DNA of 64,000 bases from an uncultured cyanobacterium. GTDB lineage: Bacteria > Cyanobacteriota > Cyanobacteriia > Cyanobacteriales > Cyanobacteriaceae. Position 1 is the first letter of the stretch. Each line of letters opens with the position of its first letter. Made by a program: the position numbers and the translations under genes. The notes beneath the pieces were generated by a model. That model ran no database searches and had not been told where the DNA came from. It saw only the letters and a list, made by a program, of their open reading frames with translations. The stretch covers positions 480,001 to 544,000 of the forward strand of contig CAVVOP010000022.1 in NCBI GenBank assembly GCA_963749915.1, in the 5' to 3' direction. Below are positions 11,603-22,422 of the stretch, piece after piece.

Positions 11603-11721
11603 ATTGACTTATTCAAAAGTGGTTTGTTACTAATATTATCAGTCAGATCGATCACTTTTTTATTCATCAGCTAAGGCCCAACAATTTTATTACCTTCCGC
11701 CTCCTGCCTTCGTAGTATTAA

Positions 11722-12531
11722 TTATGTTTCGTAGGGAGTTTGCTGATTAAATGAAGGAGAGAAATAAGCTACCAATGCACCCAAAGCAAAACCAATGATA
11801 TTCCGGAATATGGGTAACCACTCAGAAGTCCGAGTAACAACAGGTCCCATACCGAAAGCAAAGAACAGAATCCCCCATAAAGGAGAAATAATTAACACCC
11901 ATTGCCATGCAAAAACCTGTCCTGGTTTACGAGGATGTCCTGCTATTCCGAATATAATACCGCCCACCACAGAAGTCACCAAAGTCAAAATCCATTGTTC
12001 CTGAGGTAATCCCGGAACGACAGAACAACCACCCTGTGCTAAACAACTTTTAACAGTACCTAAAGCCGCGGCAATAGAATTATTCTCCCCATTGTCACGA
12101 ACATAATACATATTCCCAAATCTAGTTTGTAATTCAATCCAAAAAGTACGAGGAAGCAATTTATAAACATTATCACCAACGCTAAAAGCTAGTAAATTTC
12201 CGCCCCTACCATCAGCCACTAAGAGAATACTTTGATCATCCAAATCCCAAAATTTAATCACTGCCCTTCCCGGAGATTGATCATATTGGGTTAAAATTCT
12301 TAACTTCCATCCTGTTTGTTGTTCAAAATCTTCTATCTGTTCAATTAAAGATTCTTCTTGCAACGTTGGTAAATAATTAGCTAAATCAACTACAGGAGTA
12401 ACCTCCGTCGGTAACAACTCAGGATTATTCACCGCAGAAGCCGAAGAATAGGGAATAAATAGCCATGTAGAAATACTAATCAAACCAATAACAAAGGCAA
12501 TAACAGTTTTATGGATTAGATGGTTTTGCAT
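11722..12531 (-). CDS. TPM-domain thylakoid membrane protein
   Basis: Signal peptide, VVDLANYL...GWKLRILTQ TPM-like domain, GGCSVVPGLP, three C-terminal TM helices. Confidence 0.8.
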   Translation of the reverse strand: MQNHLIHKTVIAFVIGLISISTWLFIPYSSASAVNNPELLPTEVTPVVDLANYLPTLQEESLIEQIEDFEQQTGWKLRILTQYDQSPGRAVIKFWDLDDQSILLVADGRGGNLLAFSVGDNVYKLLPRTFWIELQTRFGNMYYVRDNGENNSIAAALGTVKSCLAQGGCSVVPGLPQEQWILTLVTSVVGGIIFGIAGHPRKPGQVFAWQWVLIISPLWGILFFAFGMGPVVTRTSEWLPIFRNIIGFALGALVAYFSPSFNQQTPYET

Positions 12532-12752
12532 AAGATTAACTTATAAAGGATATTTTAATTAAGAGTTCTTTAATTTTCGTTACAAATGTTAACTTTTATT
12601 TTAACCTAAGAACCATAACCAACGAGAAAATTTTTCTTGAACTGCTTTTGATTTCCATGAATACCCATAAATATGAGGAATTAATGATTGTCATAACTAA
12701 TAGACCATCAAGACAGAAACGAGGAACAAAAGTTATTAATTCTTAATTCTTC

Positions 12753-13694
12753 TTAATTTTTATCCACTTGATAGCCAAATTCAGCTAATCTCAACCGTGA
12801 TTGTCGCCATTTTGGTTCAACTTTGACAAATAATTCCAAATAAACTTTACCGCTTAATAATTTTTGCATTTGTTGACGAGAAGCCGTCCCAATTTCCTTT
12901 AACATACTCCCTTTATGACCAATCATAATTGATTTTTGAGAAGTTCGTTCCACACTGATGGCGGCATAAATCTTCGTTAGTTTCCTACCTTCTTCCATTT
13001 TTTCCACCGTCACCGCCACGGAATGGGGTATTTCTTCCTTCGTTAATAATAATATTTGTTCTCGGATTAGTTCGCCGATGATAAATCTTTCCGGTTGATC
13101 TGTTACTAAATCGGGGGGATAATAATAAGGACCAGGATCTAATTTTGTGATTAACTGTTGTTGTAAATTGTCTAATCCTTCTCCTGTTATCGCTGAAAAC
13201 TCCACCATCTGCCAGTTTTCCCGACAAATTTCTCGATAACTTTCCCTCAGTTTTTCTCTTTTTTCTCCCTGTAAATCAGTCTTATTTAACCCCAAAATTA
13301 TTGGTGTTTTACTATTTTGCAACAATTCTCCAATATAGCGATCGCCTCCCCCCGCCGGAGAAGAACCATCCACGACAAATAACACCAAATCCACGTTGTT
13401 AATAGCGGAGATGGCATTTTGAACTAAAACCTTGCCCAACTCATGGTGTGGCTTATGAATACCCGGAGTATCTACAAAAATAATTTGTGCCTCCGGGGTG
13501 GTTAAGATACCCCTTAAACGATTACGAGTGGTTTGTGGTACTGGAGAAGTGATAGCAATTTTTTCTCCCACTAATTGATTCATAAGGGTTGATTTCCCAA
13601 CATTTGGGCGCCCGATAATAGCGATAAAACCCGACTTAAATTCGGGAGAAGCAACAGGAATTACAGGCAAAAAAGATTCAATGGGGCTAGACAT
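12753..13694 (-). CDS. era: GTPase Era
   Basis: GRPNVGKSTL, QTTR, DTPG, NKTD, KH domain VYLELFVKV. Confidence 0.97.
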   Translation of the reverse strand: MSSPIESFLPVIPVASPEFKSGFIAIIGRPNVGKSTLMNQLVGEKIAITSPVPQTTRNRLRGILTTPEAQIIFVDTPGIHKPHHELGKVLVQNAISAINNVDLVLFVVDGSSPAGGGDRYIGELLQNSKTPIILGLNKTDLQGEKREKLRESYREICRENWQMVEFSAITGEGLDNLQQQLITKLDPGPYYYPPDLVTDQPERFIIGELIREQILLLTKEEIPHSVAVTVEKMEEGRKLTKIYAAISVERTSQKSIMIGHKGSMLKEIGTASRQQMQKLLSGKVYLELFVKVEPKWRQSRLRLAEFGYQVDKN

Positions 13695-14811
13695 GGGGAA
13701 AAATACCTAAAATATACTCACCTTGATTAACAGTATCGTTAGTAGAGACATCATAGATTATGCCTTCATCTACAGATTTAGTCTCTATTATAGTGGGCAT
13801 CTTCCCTTGTTTATTAAAGGATAGAAGTTGATAGAGAGTATCACCATGAGTAATTTTTGCTCCTTCAGATAATCTTTTGCGAATAATTCCCCCTTGGGGT
13901 GCATAATAACTTTTGATAGTATTTTTCGGGATAAATTTGGTGGTTTTTGAGGGTAACATAACATCTAAATTAAGGATATTTTTGCCGGCTAAATAGTTAA
14001 TAATGCCCCTAACTCCCTTATTAACAGATTCTTCATTAACCTTCATCCCTGAGCCTAATTCTAACGTCCATGATTCCACATCAAAAGTAATGTTTCTTCC
14101 TGCTTGAATAAACTTTTTTTCTAAAACTAACCAAGGATTTAAAAAAGCTTCATCAAAGGCATTGCCGTCATATTTATTCATTAAAATAGCGTAATCTAAG
14201 AGAAAATAATCAGCACTTTTTTGACGATAGTCGAAACAATATAAATAGTCGATCGACGATACACTAGAGCTGTGAATATCAATTATATAATTAGCATTTA
14301 AAGACAAAGATTGTAAAATGTTGCGGTAATGTTCAGAAAAAGAAACCCCTCTATTTTTGTTAACGGATTTAAGTTTCTTAGCAAATTTAGCTAGTATCTG
14401 CCCTAAAAATCTTGTCTGTATTTCTTCCTTATCTAAATTAAGATTATCCCTAACAAATGTATTAATATCCACACTTTCGTGACTATAATCCCAAAAAATT
14501 CGATTCCAATTATGACCATCATAAGGGCTATATCTTCCTGTAGAAAAGAACAAATTTCGCTGATTAACTCCTGTTGGATTACATGTCGGAACTAACAAAA
14601 TTTCCCCGTTAACATCATCACCATTTAATTGATTGAAAAACTGCAACAGTTCGTAAATAACTGCATTACCAACAATTTCTGCTCCATGTAAATTAGCTTG
14701 AATATAGGCTTTTTTATTTCCAGTTTTACCCTTAATTTGATAAGTTTTTATTTGTAAAATATCACCACTAGCAAGAGTTTGAAGATTAATTAATTGGCAA
14801 ACAGGTTTCAT
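13687..14811 (-). CDS. Succinylglutamate desuccinylase/aspartoacylase family (M14-like) protein
   Basis: QANLHGAE, NWNR, IDIH, TLELG motifs; C-terminal biotinyl-like APQGG domain. Confidence 0.85.
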   Translation of the reverse strand: MKPVCQLINLQTLASGDILQIKTYQIKGKTGNKKAYIQANLHGAEIVGNAVIYELLQFFNQLNGDDVNGEILLVPTCNPTGVNQRNLFFSTGRYSPYDGHNWNRIFWDYSHESVDINTFVRDNLNLDKEEIQTRFLGQILAKFAKKLKSVNKNRGVSFSEHYRNILQSLSLNANYIIDIHSSSVSSIDYLYCFDYRQKSADYFLLDYAILMNKYDGNAFDEAFLNPWLVLEKKFIQAGRNITFDVESWTLELGSGMKVNEESVNKGVRGIINYLAGKNILNLDVMLPSKTTKFIPKNTIKSYYAPQGGIIRKRLSEGAKITHGDTLYQLLSFNKQGKMPTIIETKSVDEGIIYDVSTNDTVNQGEYILGIFPHV

Positions 14812-15390
14812 AAAAAATCACCAAAGTTGTATTAGTATATCTTAATTGTTAGTCAATTGCTCAACTGAAAGTACAAACTGACGATGCTCTTTGCCAGACT
14901 ATTAAATCGGGAAAACTTTGAGCTGGTTCTCTTTTTATTCTGAATCCTTAATTCTGACTTCTGACTCCTTGATTAATACATATATTTGTCTCAATCTTAA
15001 TTGAAATAACGATAAAAACTAACTTGGCTAGGGCTTGATCAATAGATTTATTTTCTTTAGCTAATACTTGAGGTTGGTAAATATTAAAAAAATATAAAGA
15101 ATAATTTAGAGACTATAAAATATATCAAATTTAACAAAATGATAAAAAATGTTAGGTTAATCTTGATAGCTAATATAGCTGAATTTAATTTGCTCTAACA
15201 AGATTAGCTATGAGCTAATAGGTAAACTTAAGTGCAAAAATGTAACAAATTATTCAAAATCTTTGATGTCATTGTTTATTTACATTAATTGAAGTTTATT
15301 CGGTTCAAATTTTTAGTTATTTAAGCAAAAAAAAAGGCATTTTATCTGAAATTACGGTTAAGAGAAAATAGTTCAAGGAGGAAAAAGGTT

Positions 15391-17001
15391 ATGGCTTACA
15401 CAATTCCCCAAAATTGCGACAGATGTGGTATTTGTTTACCTGAATGTCCTACAGATGCTATTCAAATGGATCAAGAAAATAATCAATATTGGATAGAACC
15501 AGGTTTATGTAATAACTGTGAAGATGAAGATGGGGAACCTTTATGTGTTAGCAGTTGTCCCGATAGTTTCCCTCTTCCCTTACCTGTTAAAAAAGGCAGA
15601 TATAAAGCTGAACCAAGAGTTTGGAGTACCCATCATCTTTTTCCTAACGGTCAGAATAATCCCATCGCATCCTCGATGGTGATTTGGGAAGCCTGTAATG
15701 TACTGGCGAAAGGATCAGTTTTTCCTTGGCAAACTGATAACAATGGCAAAATTTATTGTGAGCGTCAGGTTAAACAGGGAAAAGGAAAGATTGAATTTCG
15801 TCTGACTGAGGATTTCAGTTCTGATACTCCCGAGATTCTTAGCTTTACAGATGCTAGCTCTAGTCTTGAGCAGATGGATATTCGTGCTACTTGCATGCAT
15901 TTAATCTTCGCAGCCTCTGCTACCACCTTAGAAAGACCTTGGGAACAAGAGTTCGTAATCGATAACAAGCAAATTGAAACTTATTTAGGCTTAGATAAAC
16001 GCAAAGATCTAAGTAAAGCGGCTAAACTGACTTTAATTAAGACCTTAGTACAACAACCTTGTAAACTAATTGCTACTATTGACTGGTTTCAACAGGGAAA
16101 GATTCAATCCTTTTCTGTACCAGAAGACCGTGTTTGGCATTTAGTTGCCATCGAAAACCAGTTTCAAAAAGATGCCCAAGGCTACCAACATCTTGTCGGC
16201 ATGACTTTTAGACTAAAGGCCGGAATCTGGGCACAGTATTTTCTTAACAAACAAGGGTATAAAAAATACGTGGCTTATTATCAATACGGCACCTTGCCCA
16301 AATTTTTGTTAAGTACCGTTATGAGTATTTGGCATCAACACGAAGGGACAGTAAGGATAATGCTGTGGCTGCTGTTTAAAAGCAAAATGGGGAAACAACA
16401 ACGTCTTACTGTTTCCAAGTTAATGTATGTTGCTTATGGAGAAGCAACAGTCAAAGAAGCTTCCTTATATCGAGAAAAACGAAAGCGAATGCTACGCAGA
16501 TTTGAGAGCGACTTAGAAATTCTCAATGATTATCAAATCAAGCCTATTTTCGATCCTGTTACCTATCCGACCAGAATTCAGCCTTTGTGGGCGAGATTAG
16601 CTGATATTCCTGATGATGCAGACGAAGCAATGGAGTTTTGGATTAACGATGCTTCCAGTGAAAATAGTCTTACCGATCCTGCACCACGGGGAAAATGGGA
16701 CTTACTAATGAATGCTCGGATTCTCCAGTTTGAATTCCCTCCAGAATGGGAGAAAGAATTGTCTCGTTGGGAAAACAAAAAAGAACGAAAAACTCGCGGG
16801 AAAAAACAAGTTAAAGATTTATCCTCCCTGAGTGCTGAACTAATTGCTAATTCCAGAAAAAGTCTGGGAATCAGCCAGAGGAAATTAGCACAGCTATTAG
16901 GCAAAAGCCAAAGCTGGATTCGAGATGTCGAGAAAGGTCGTTTTTCGGTTAAACTAGGCGATAGCTTAAAGCTAATGGAAGTGTTACAAATTGATTGTTA
17001 G
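15391..17001 (+). CDS. cnfR: CnfR/PatB nitrogen-fixation transcriptional activator (N-terminal 4Fe-4S ferredoxin, C-terminal XRE HTH)
   Basis: MAYTIP..CDRCGICLPECPTDAI...CNNC...C...CP ferredoxin motifs; C-terminal RKSLGISQRKLAQLLGKSQSWIRDVEKGR HTH; 536 aa length fits PatB/CnfR. Confidence 0.88.
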   Translation: MAYTIPQNCDRCGICLPECPTDAIQMDQENNQYWIEPGLCNNCEDEDGEPLCVSSCPDSFPLPLPVKKGRYKAEPRVWSTHHLFPNGQNNPIASSMVIWEACNVLAKGSVFPWQTDNNGKIYCERQVKQGKGKIEFRLTEDFSSDTPEILSFTDASSSLEQMDIRATCMHLIFAASATTLERPWEQEFVIDNKQIETYLGLDKRKDLSKAAKLTLIKTLVQQPCKLIATIDWFQQGKIQSFSVPEDRVWHLVAIENQFQKDAQGYQHLVGMTFRLKAGIWAQYFLNKQGYKKYVAYYQYGTLPKFLLSTVMSIWHQHEGTVRIMLWLLFKSKMGKQQRLTVSKLMYVAYGEATVKEASLYREKRKRMLRRFESDLEILNDYQIKPIFDPVTYPTRIQPLWARLADIPDDADEAMEFWINDASSENSLTDPAPRGKWDLLMNARILQFEFPPEWEKELSRWENKKERKTRGKKQVKDLSSLSAELIANSRKSLGISQRKLAQLLGKSQSWIRDVEKGRFSVKLGDSLKLMEVLQIDC

Positions 17002-17178
17002 AGTTCATTTCCTCAATCTTCATACTACTTGTATGGAAAAAAAAACAATGGGGAATAACTCAGCTACATAATGCCTTTTTTTTTTAATGAGTCAAGTAGT
17101 TTGGTGAAAAAGAAGATTTATTAACTCAAATATTAGCATTAAATTTGGCGATTACCGAAACAGGAAATAATAGTAAAT

Positions 17179-17211
17179 AATTCTAAATTCTAAATTCTAA
17201 ATTCCAAATTC
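17179..17211 (+). repeat. Heptamer tandem repeat (AATTCTA)n, STRR-like
   Basis: aattctaaattctaaattctaaattccaaattc. Confidence 0.7.
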
Positions 17212-17213
17212 TG

Positions 17214-17243
17214 TTGACAGTTGATCCACAATTCAGATAGGAT
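17214..17243 (+). promoter_or_regulatory. Putative sigma70-type promoter of sodB
   Basis: TTGACA (17214-19), 18-bp spacer, TAGGAT (17238-43), 32 bp before the ATG. Confidence 0.5.
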
Positions 17244-17275
17244 GAGGCAAGTAACCGATAATTACGATTAATAAT

Positions 17276-17881
17276 ATGGCTTATCAATTACCAACTCTTC
17301 CTTTCGATTACACTGCGTTAGAGCCTTGTATCTCTAAAAGTACCTTAGAATTCCATCATGACAAGCATCACGCTGCCTATGTAAACAATTTTAACAATGC
17401 AGTGGCCGGTACAGATTTAGACTCTAAATCCCTTGAAGAAGTCATTACAGTCACGGCTACTAACCCCAGTCAAGCAGGTATTTTCAATAATGCTGCCCAA
17501 GCATGGAATCATAGTTTCTACTGGCAGTGTATGAAACCCAATGGCGGTGGTACTCCCAGTGGTTCATTAGCTGATAAAATTAAAGCCGATTTTGGTAGTT
17601 TTGATAAGTTTGTAGAAGCCTTTAAAACTGCTGGTGCCACTCAGTTTGGCAGTGGTTGGGCATGGTTAGTATTAGACCATGGTACTTTAAAAGTTACCAA
17701 AACCAGTAACGCTGATAATCCTCTCACCGCAGGACAAACTCCCTTACTAACGATGGATGTGTGGGAACACGCTTACTATTTAGATTATCAAAACAAACGT
17801 CCCGATTACATCAACGATTTTCTCGGTAAGTTAGTTAACTGGGATTTCGTAGCGGAAAATTTAGCTAAAGCAACTGCTTAA
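17276..17881 (+). CDS. sodB: Fe superoxide dismutase
   Basis: HHDKHH, FNNAAQAWNH, FGSGWAW, DVWEHAYY; the AAQ motif indicates Fe type. Confidence 0.96.
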   Translation: MAYQLPTLPFDYTALEPCISKSTLEFHHDKHHAAYVNNFNNAVAGTDLDSKSLEEVITVTATNPSQAGIFNNAAQAWNHSFYWQCMKPNGGGTPSGSLADKIKADFGSFDKFVEAFKTAGATQFGSGWAWLVLDHGTLKVTKTSNADNPLTAGQTPLLTMDVWEHAYYLDYQNKRPDYINDFLGKLVNWDFVAENLAKATA

Positions 17882-17890
17882 ATTTGTCTG

Positions 17891-17914
17891 TTTACCCCCT
17901 AAATGGGGGATAAA
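17891..17914 (+). terminator. Hairpin after sodB
   Basis: tttaccccc-taaat-ggggga-taaa inverted repeat directly after the stop codon. Confidence 0.5.
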
Positions 17915-18131
17915 TGAGTTTATGTGATTTTGAAAAAAGTCCTCAGTATTAGAAATTTAGGTTTTTCTACAGTAGTTATCATAAATTAATAGAAAATAAT
18001 TAATACAACCATTTATCATACTCAAAGCAGAAGAGCCGAAATTTAGGAGCGAAATCTATCAAAAATAATGATTATTAATATCCCCAAATATAGGGATTCT
18101 AGGGCTATCTTTTATCAATTGTTGAAAATCT

Positions 18132-19241
18132 TTGTTTTCTGAAAAAAGCGATCGCAAATTAATTATTAACCTATCTATGTTGGTTAAAAAACCGACAGGT
18201 ATTACTAATTATATTAATAATATTCTACCTTATTTCTCTACACTAGAATATCATAGTCTGTTAGCGAAAAATTACTATAATGAGGGCTACAAAAATCCTT
18301 ATTTCATCAGTGAAAAATTAAGCCCAGATAATGGCAGTAAAGGGCATTTTTTAAGGTTAAAGTGGACTCAATTTCAGTTACCTAATATTTACTATAATTT
18401 AAACGCTAATTTGTTGTTTTCTCCTGTGCCAGAAATGCCATTATTTTCTCAAACTAAAGCAGTAGTGATGGTGCATGATTTAATACCTATTCGTTTCCCG
18501 AAAAAAAAGTCTCCTCTTACCCCCTATTTTCGTTATTATATCCCCCAAGTTTGCCGACAAGCTCAACATATTATCTGCAATTCTCAGGCAACGGCGGACG
18601 ATATTATTAATTATTTTCAGATTTCTGCTAATAAAATTACTCCTATTTATTTAGGTTATAATCGGCAATTTTTTAGAGTGATTGAAGGTTTAAAACATAA
18701 TAATAAAACACCTTATTTTGTTTATTTAGGTAGACATGATCCCCATAAAAATGTCTCTAAAATCATCTCCGCTTTTGCCCAATTTAAACAGCATAAAAAC
18801 TATCAATTATGGTTAGCAGGACCTCCTGACGATCGCTATACTCCATTATTACAACAACAAGCCCAGGAATTAGGTATCGCTACCCAAGTAAAATTTTTAG
18901 ATTATGTTTCTTCTCCGGATTTAGCGATCATACTTAATCAAGCTCAAGCCCTTATTTTTCCAACTCTTTGGGAAGGTTTTGGTTTTCCTGTTTTAGAGGC
19001 GATCGCCTGTGGCACTCCTGTCGTGACTTCTAATGTGTCTTCTTTACCAGAGGTGGCTGGAGAGGCAGCATTATTGGTCAACCCCCATGATACAAAAAGT
19101 ATTAGCAACGCCATGAATTTGATAGCTGAGGATGATAGTTTACGATGGCAATTAAGAGAATTAGGCTTAAAAAGGGCAACAAATTTTAGTTGGGAAAAAA
19201 CAGGAGAAGAGACGGTAAAAGTAATTAAAAAATATTCATAA
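18132..19241 (+). CDS. Glycosyltransferase family 4 (GT-B)
   Basis: VHDLIP, GRHDPHKN, EGFGFPVLEAIACGTPV, SSLPEV. Confidence 0.92.
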   Translation: MFSEKSDRKLIINLSMLVKKPTGITNYINNILPYFSTLEYHSLLAKNYYNEGYKNPYFISEKLSPDNGSKGHFLRLKWTQFQLPNIYYNLNANLLFSPVPEMPLFSQTKAVVMVHDLIPIRFPKKKSPLTPYFRYYIPQVCRQAQHIICNSQATADDIINYFQISANKITPIYLGYNRQFFRVIEGLKHNNKTPYFVYLGRHDPHKNVSKIISAFAQFKQHKNYQLWLAGPPDDRYTPLLQQQAQELGIATQVKFLDYVSSPDLAIILNQAQALIFPTLWEGFGFPVLEAIACGTPVVTSNVSSLPEVAGEAALLVNPHDTKSISNAMNLIAEDDSLRWQLRELGLKRATNFSWEKTGEETVKVIKKYS

Positions 19242-19245
19242 TTTT

Positions 19246-20150
19246 GGCTCTTCTACAGTGAGTATGACAAATTAAGTACAAAAACAAAGTCACAAAATGG
19301 TAAAATTTTACACAAGTGAAGCGATCAGTTCTGATAAATAGATGCTACCTCGCTTTTAAACTATTAGGAAAATTAATCAAATTTTTAAATAAAACAATAA
19401 TTTTTATCTTATGCCTTCTAATTCCTCTCTTCATCTTATCACTAAACTTATTAATTTTGAGGGAGTCAAAGCTACTGATTACCATTTTATTACTGACAAC
19501 GAAATTTTAATTACATTATCGAATCAAACATCAGAGTCAACTTGCCCTTATTGTCATACTATTACTAATAAAATACACCAAGATCATTATTATCGAATTA
19601 GAGATATACCTTTGAGTGGTTATGATGTGTTTTTAAATATTAACCGCCGTCAATTTCGATGTATTCATTGCCAGAAAATTTTTAGTGAAGAGTTAAATTT
19701 TGTCAAAAAAAGAAGGACTTATACAACTAGATTGGCAGAGAAAGTAGTTAAGGAAGTGCTAGAAAGTGATATTTTAAACACTGCCAAAAGAAATGGAATG
19801 ACTCCCAGAGAAATAGAAACCTTATCAAAAGAAAAATCAGAAGATTTATTAGAAGAAAAACCAAAGGATTTAAAAAGATTAGGAATTGATGAAATAACTC
19901 AGTTAAAAGGAGGAAAGAATTACGCCGCAGTGTTAGTGGATTTAGACAAAAAAAAACCGATAGCAATTTTAGAGAACAGAAGTAAAGAGACAATCGGAAA
20001 ATACTTGATAAGTCTGGGTTGTGAGGTGTTAAATCAAATTGAAGAAGTCAGCATAGATTTGTGGATAGGATATAAAACTTTGGCATTGGAGTTAATGCCA
20101 AATGCCAATATAGTGGCAGATAGATTCCATGTAATGAAACAAATAAATGA
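19246..20150 (+). mobile_element. ISL3-family element, 3'-truncated copy 1
   Basis: Left end GGCTCTTCTACAGTGAGTATGA; near-identical to 22423-23325; no right end. Confidence 0.9.
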
Positions 20151-20154
20151 GTAG
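19411..20154 (+). pseudogene. ISL3 transposase, truncated
   Basis: CPYC...RDIP...RRQFRCIHC Zn finger, LGIDE, VSIDLW, VADRFHV; stops prematurely. Confidence 0.9.
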
Positions 20155-20589
20155 TCAAAGTATAGACGATTTTAGATATCGCTAATACAATCCTAGATGA
20201 AATGGTTGAATGTGTTAAAATTTTTCTGAATTTATCTATCTTAAATCAATTCTGATAATAACTGGAAGCTAGGTATAATAAGTGTTCTCCCCTTTTTTCT
20301 AATTATTCAAACCAATGAACACACAAAATGAACTAAAAATTGACTGTTTCTTTCCTCAATTTTCTCTTGCTTTTAGATTAATTATTGCAAGCTTCATCGG
20401 CATTTGGCACTAGCTTTACTTTTATTCAAAATGGTTTTCCTAACTGGAACAATATTGGTTTTTTTTCAGGTAATGTAATAATATTGATGGTTTTTCAACT
20501 TTTGACACCAAAGATAACAATTCTGAAGATGAATTAACGGCTTGTGATCTTTTGAATTATATATTCAGCGAGACAATTCATGACCTTAA

Positions 20590-21505
20590 TTTCTTAATCA
20601 GTTAGTTTTTCCCATAATTCTAATAATTTATTATTCATCTTTTTTTGAATGGTGTTATTAATTTAATATTTTTCAGCCATAATTGTTGAAATAAATCTTG
20701 AGAAATGTAGCCCTTATCTCCAAATAATCGACCCCATAAATCCTTCGTTAAATAAGGTACTGTTTTTCTATCGTCCACATTACCTTTTGTTATTTGAAAT
20801 GCCAATATTTCTCCCAATTCATTAATAATTAAATGTAATTTAAAGCCGAAGTACCAGTCTATAGAGCTTTTTCCCCAATGAGCCAAGTTATCAAAAACTT
20901 TATTTCTTTTGGCTCTTTTATTGTGGCAAATAGGAATACCCATTGTATCGATAAAAGAAATTCCTGTACATGATCCTTTACGAGTATTGAGATAAAAAAT
21001 TAAAGGAATTAAAGCGGAAGATTTAAGTTGAACAAAACGATTATAACTGACCAAATTAGGAAAATCTTGAAAATGATAAACCTGAATATGATTTTGATAA
21101 TAGTGTTTAAAGTTTCGATAACTAGAATGATGAAAATAAATAATAATAGTCATAATTTCACTCAAGGATAATCGACTATTTTTGATTCTTTTTTTCTGTT
21201 TAGATGATAAAATTTGACGATTAAAAGATGGTTCAAAAATTAAACAGAAATCATCTACATCATAGAAAAGTGTTTCTAATTCCATAAAAATTAATTTTTA
21301 AAAAATAACATATTGATTATGAAATTAATTTAAAAAAAAAAGGAGATATTAGCAATGAAATTTAATAAATATTCAGAAAAATTAACTTATTAATCTGGGT
21401 AGAACTTTTAATACATTAAGAATTGTAAAATAGCGAAAAATAGTATAAACCCAAAACTCATATAAGTTAAGAGTTTGAGACTATTTTCTTATATCGAACT
21501 CAGGT
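20590..21505 (-). mobile_element. IS982-family element, truncated/frameshifted
   Basis: Terminal ACCTGAGTTCGATA on the minus strand at 21505; transposase ORF 20635-21285 with FIDT, WYFGFKLHL, GDKGYIS; shift at an A-run into MNNKLLELWEK then stop. Confidence 0.85.
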
Positions 21506-21749
21506 ATATTAGGAACAGCAACGGCATTATGCTTCGGGACTATGTTGAAACGTAAAAATACTTTGAATAAAGAAGCTAAATAATATCGATACAAGTACAA
21601 AAATGATAAATAAACTTGAATGACGGCTACTACAGTCGTCTTTTTTTATGTCTCAAAACCGATCGCATTTGAGACTAATATGAATGCAATTAGGTATTGC
21701 TTATGGGGTTAATTGCTTTTAAAGTGAATTATTATTCATTAATATTGGA

Positions 21750-22175
21750 TTAATATTTATCTAGAAACATAAGTTTAAAGTCAGTTGCATTAACAATATC
21801 AATACCCTCAAAAGAATTTAAAACTAGCAAGTCTAAATCACCAGTAATAATAAAATTAACTGGAATAGATAAAGCAGCTTCTAAAACTATTTTATCCTTT
21901 AAATCTCTTAATTCAGAAATCTCTAATATTGATTTTGGTTGGCATAATTTAGTAATTAACTTGACACCATTAACTAACTCTTGAGTTGAATAATTTAGTT
22001 GTTTTAATCTCTTTTGTAACTTTTCTTTAGCTAAGGTTTCTTCTAGCTCTTTTAATAAAGAATTAGAAATATAAATAGTTGCTGAATTATTCTCTGCTAA
22101 CTGAATTATCTGACGAGGAATACCACCCCATAATAGACCTGAAATCCAGATATTCGTATCAAGTAATAGTTTCAC
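21750..22175 (-). CDS. PIN-domain toxin (VapC-like, putative TA toxin)
   Basis: LLDTNIWISGLL, LRDLKD...LEAA, ITGDLDLL. Confidence 0.9.
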   Translation of the reverse strand: MKLLLDTNIWISGLLWGGIPRQIIQLAENNSATIYISNSLLKELEETLAKEKLQKRLKQLNYSTQELVNGVKLITKLCQPKSILEISELRDLKDKIVLEAALSIPVNFIITGDLDLLVLNSFEGIDIVNATDFKLMFLDKY

Positions 22176-22390
22176 TACCCAGCTCTATCTTCCCGAACTT
22201 CTTTCACCAAAGAGACAATTTCTTCTGTGGACAATTGCTCCTTATCTTCTCCTAAATCATCTATTTTTTGCCATAACTGAGTCAAAGTATTTTCTCTTTT
22301 GGTAAACTGCTTAATTAACTGATATACTTCTTCTAATTTTTCTTCGGGAATATTATCAATTTCAGCTTTAATTAAATCTGCTATTGTCAT
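22175..22390 (-). CDS. Putative antitoxin
   Basis: 71 aa, translationally coupled upstream of the PIN gene; C-terminal LSTEEIVSLVKEVR. Confidence 0.7.
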   Translation of the reverse strand: MTIADLIKAEIDNIPEEKLEEVYQLIKQFTKRENTLTQLWQKIDDLGEDKEQLSTEEIVSLVKEVREDRAG

Positions 22391-22422
22391 TATATATTTC
22401 CTTTTGCTGATCTAATAATAAT

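Noticed and set aside
19316..19510. 64-aa ORF duplicated at 22493-22687
   Set aside because: Alternative frame in the ISL3 left end; duplicated only because the IS is
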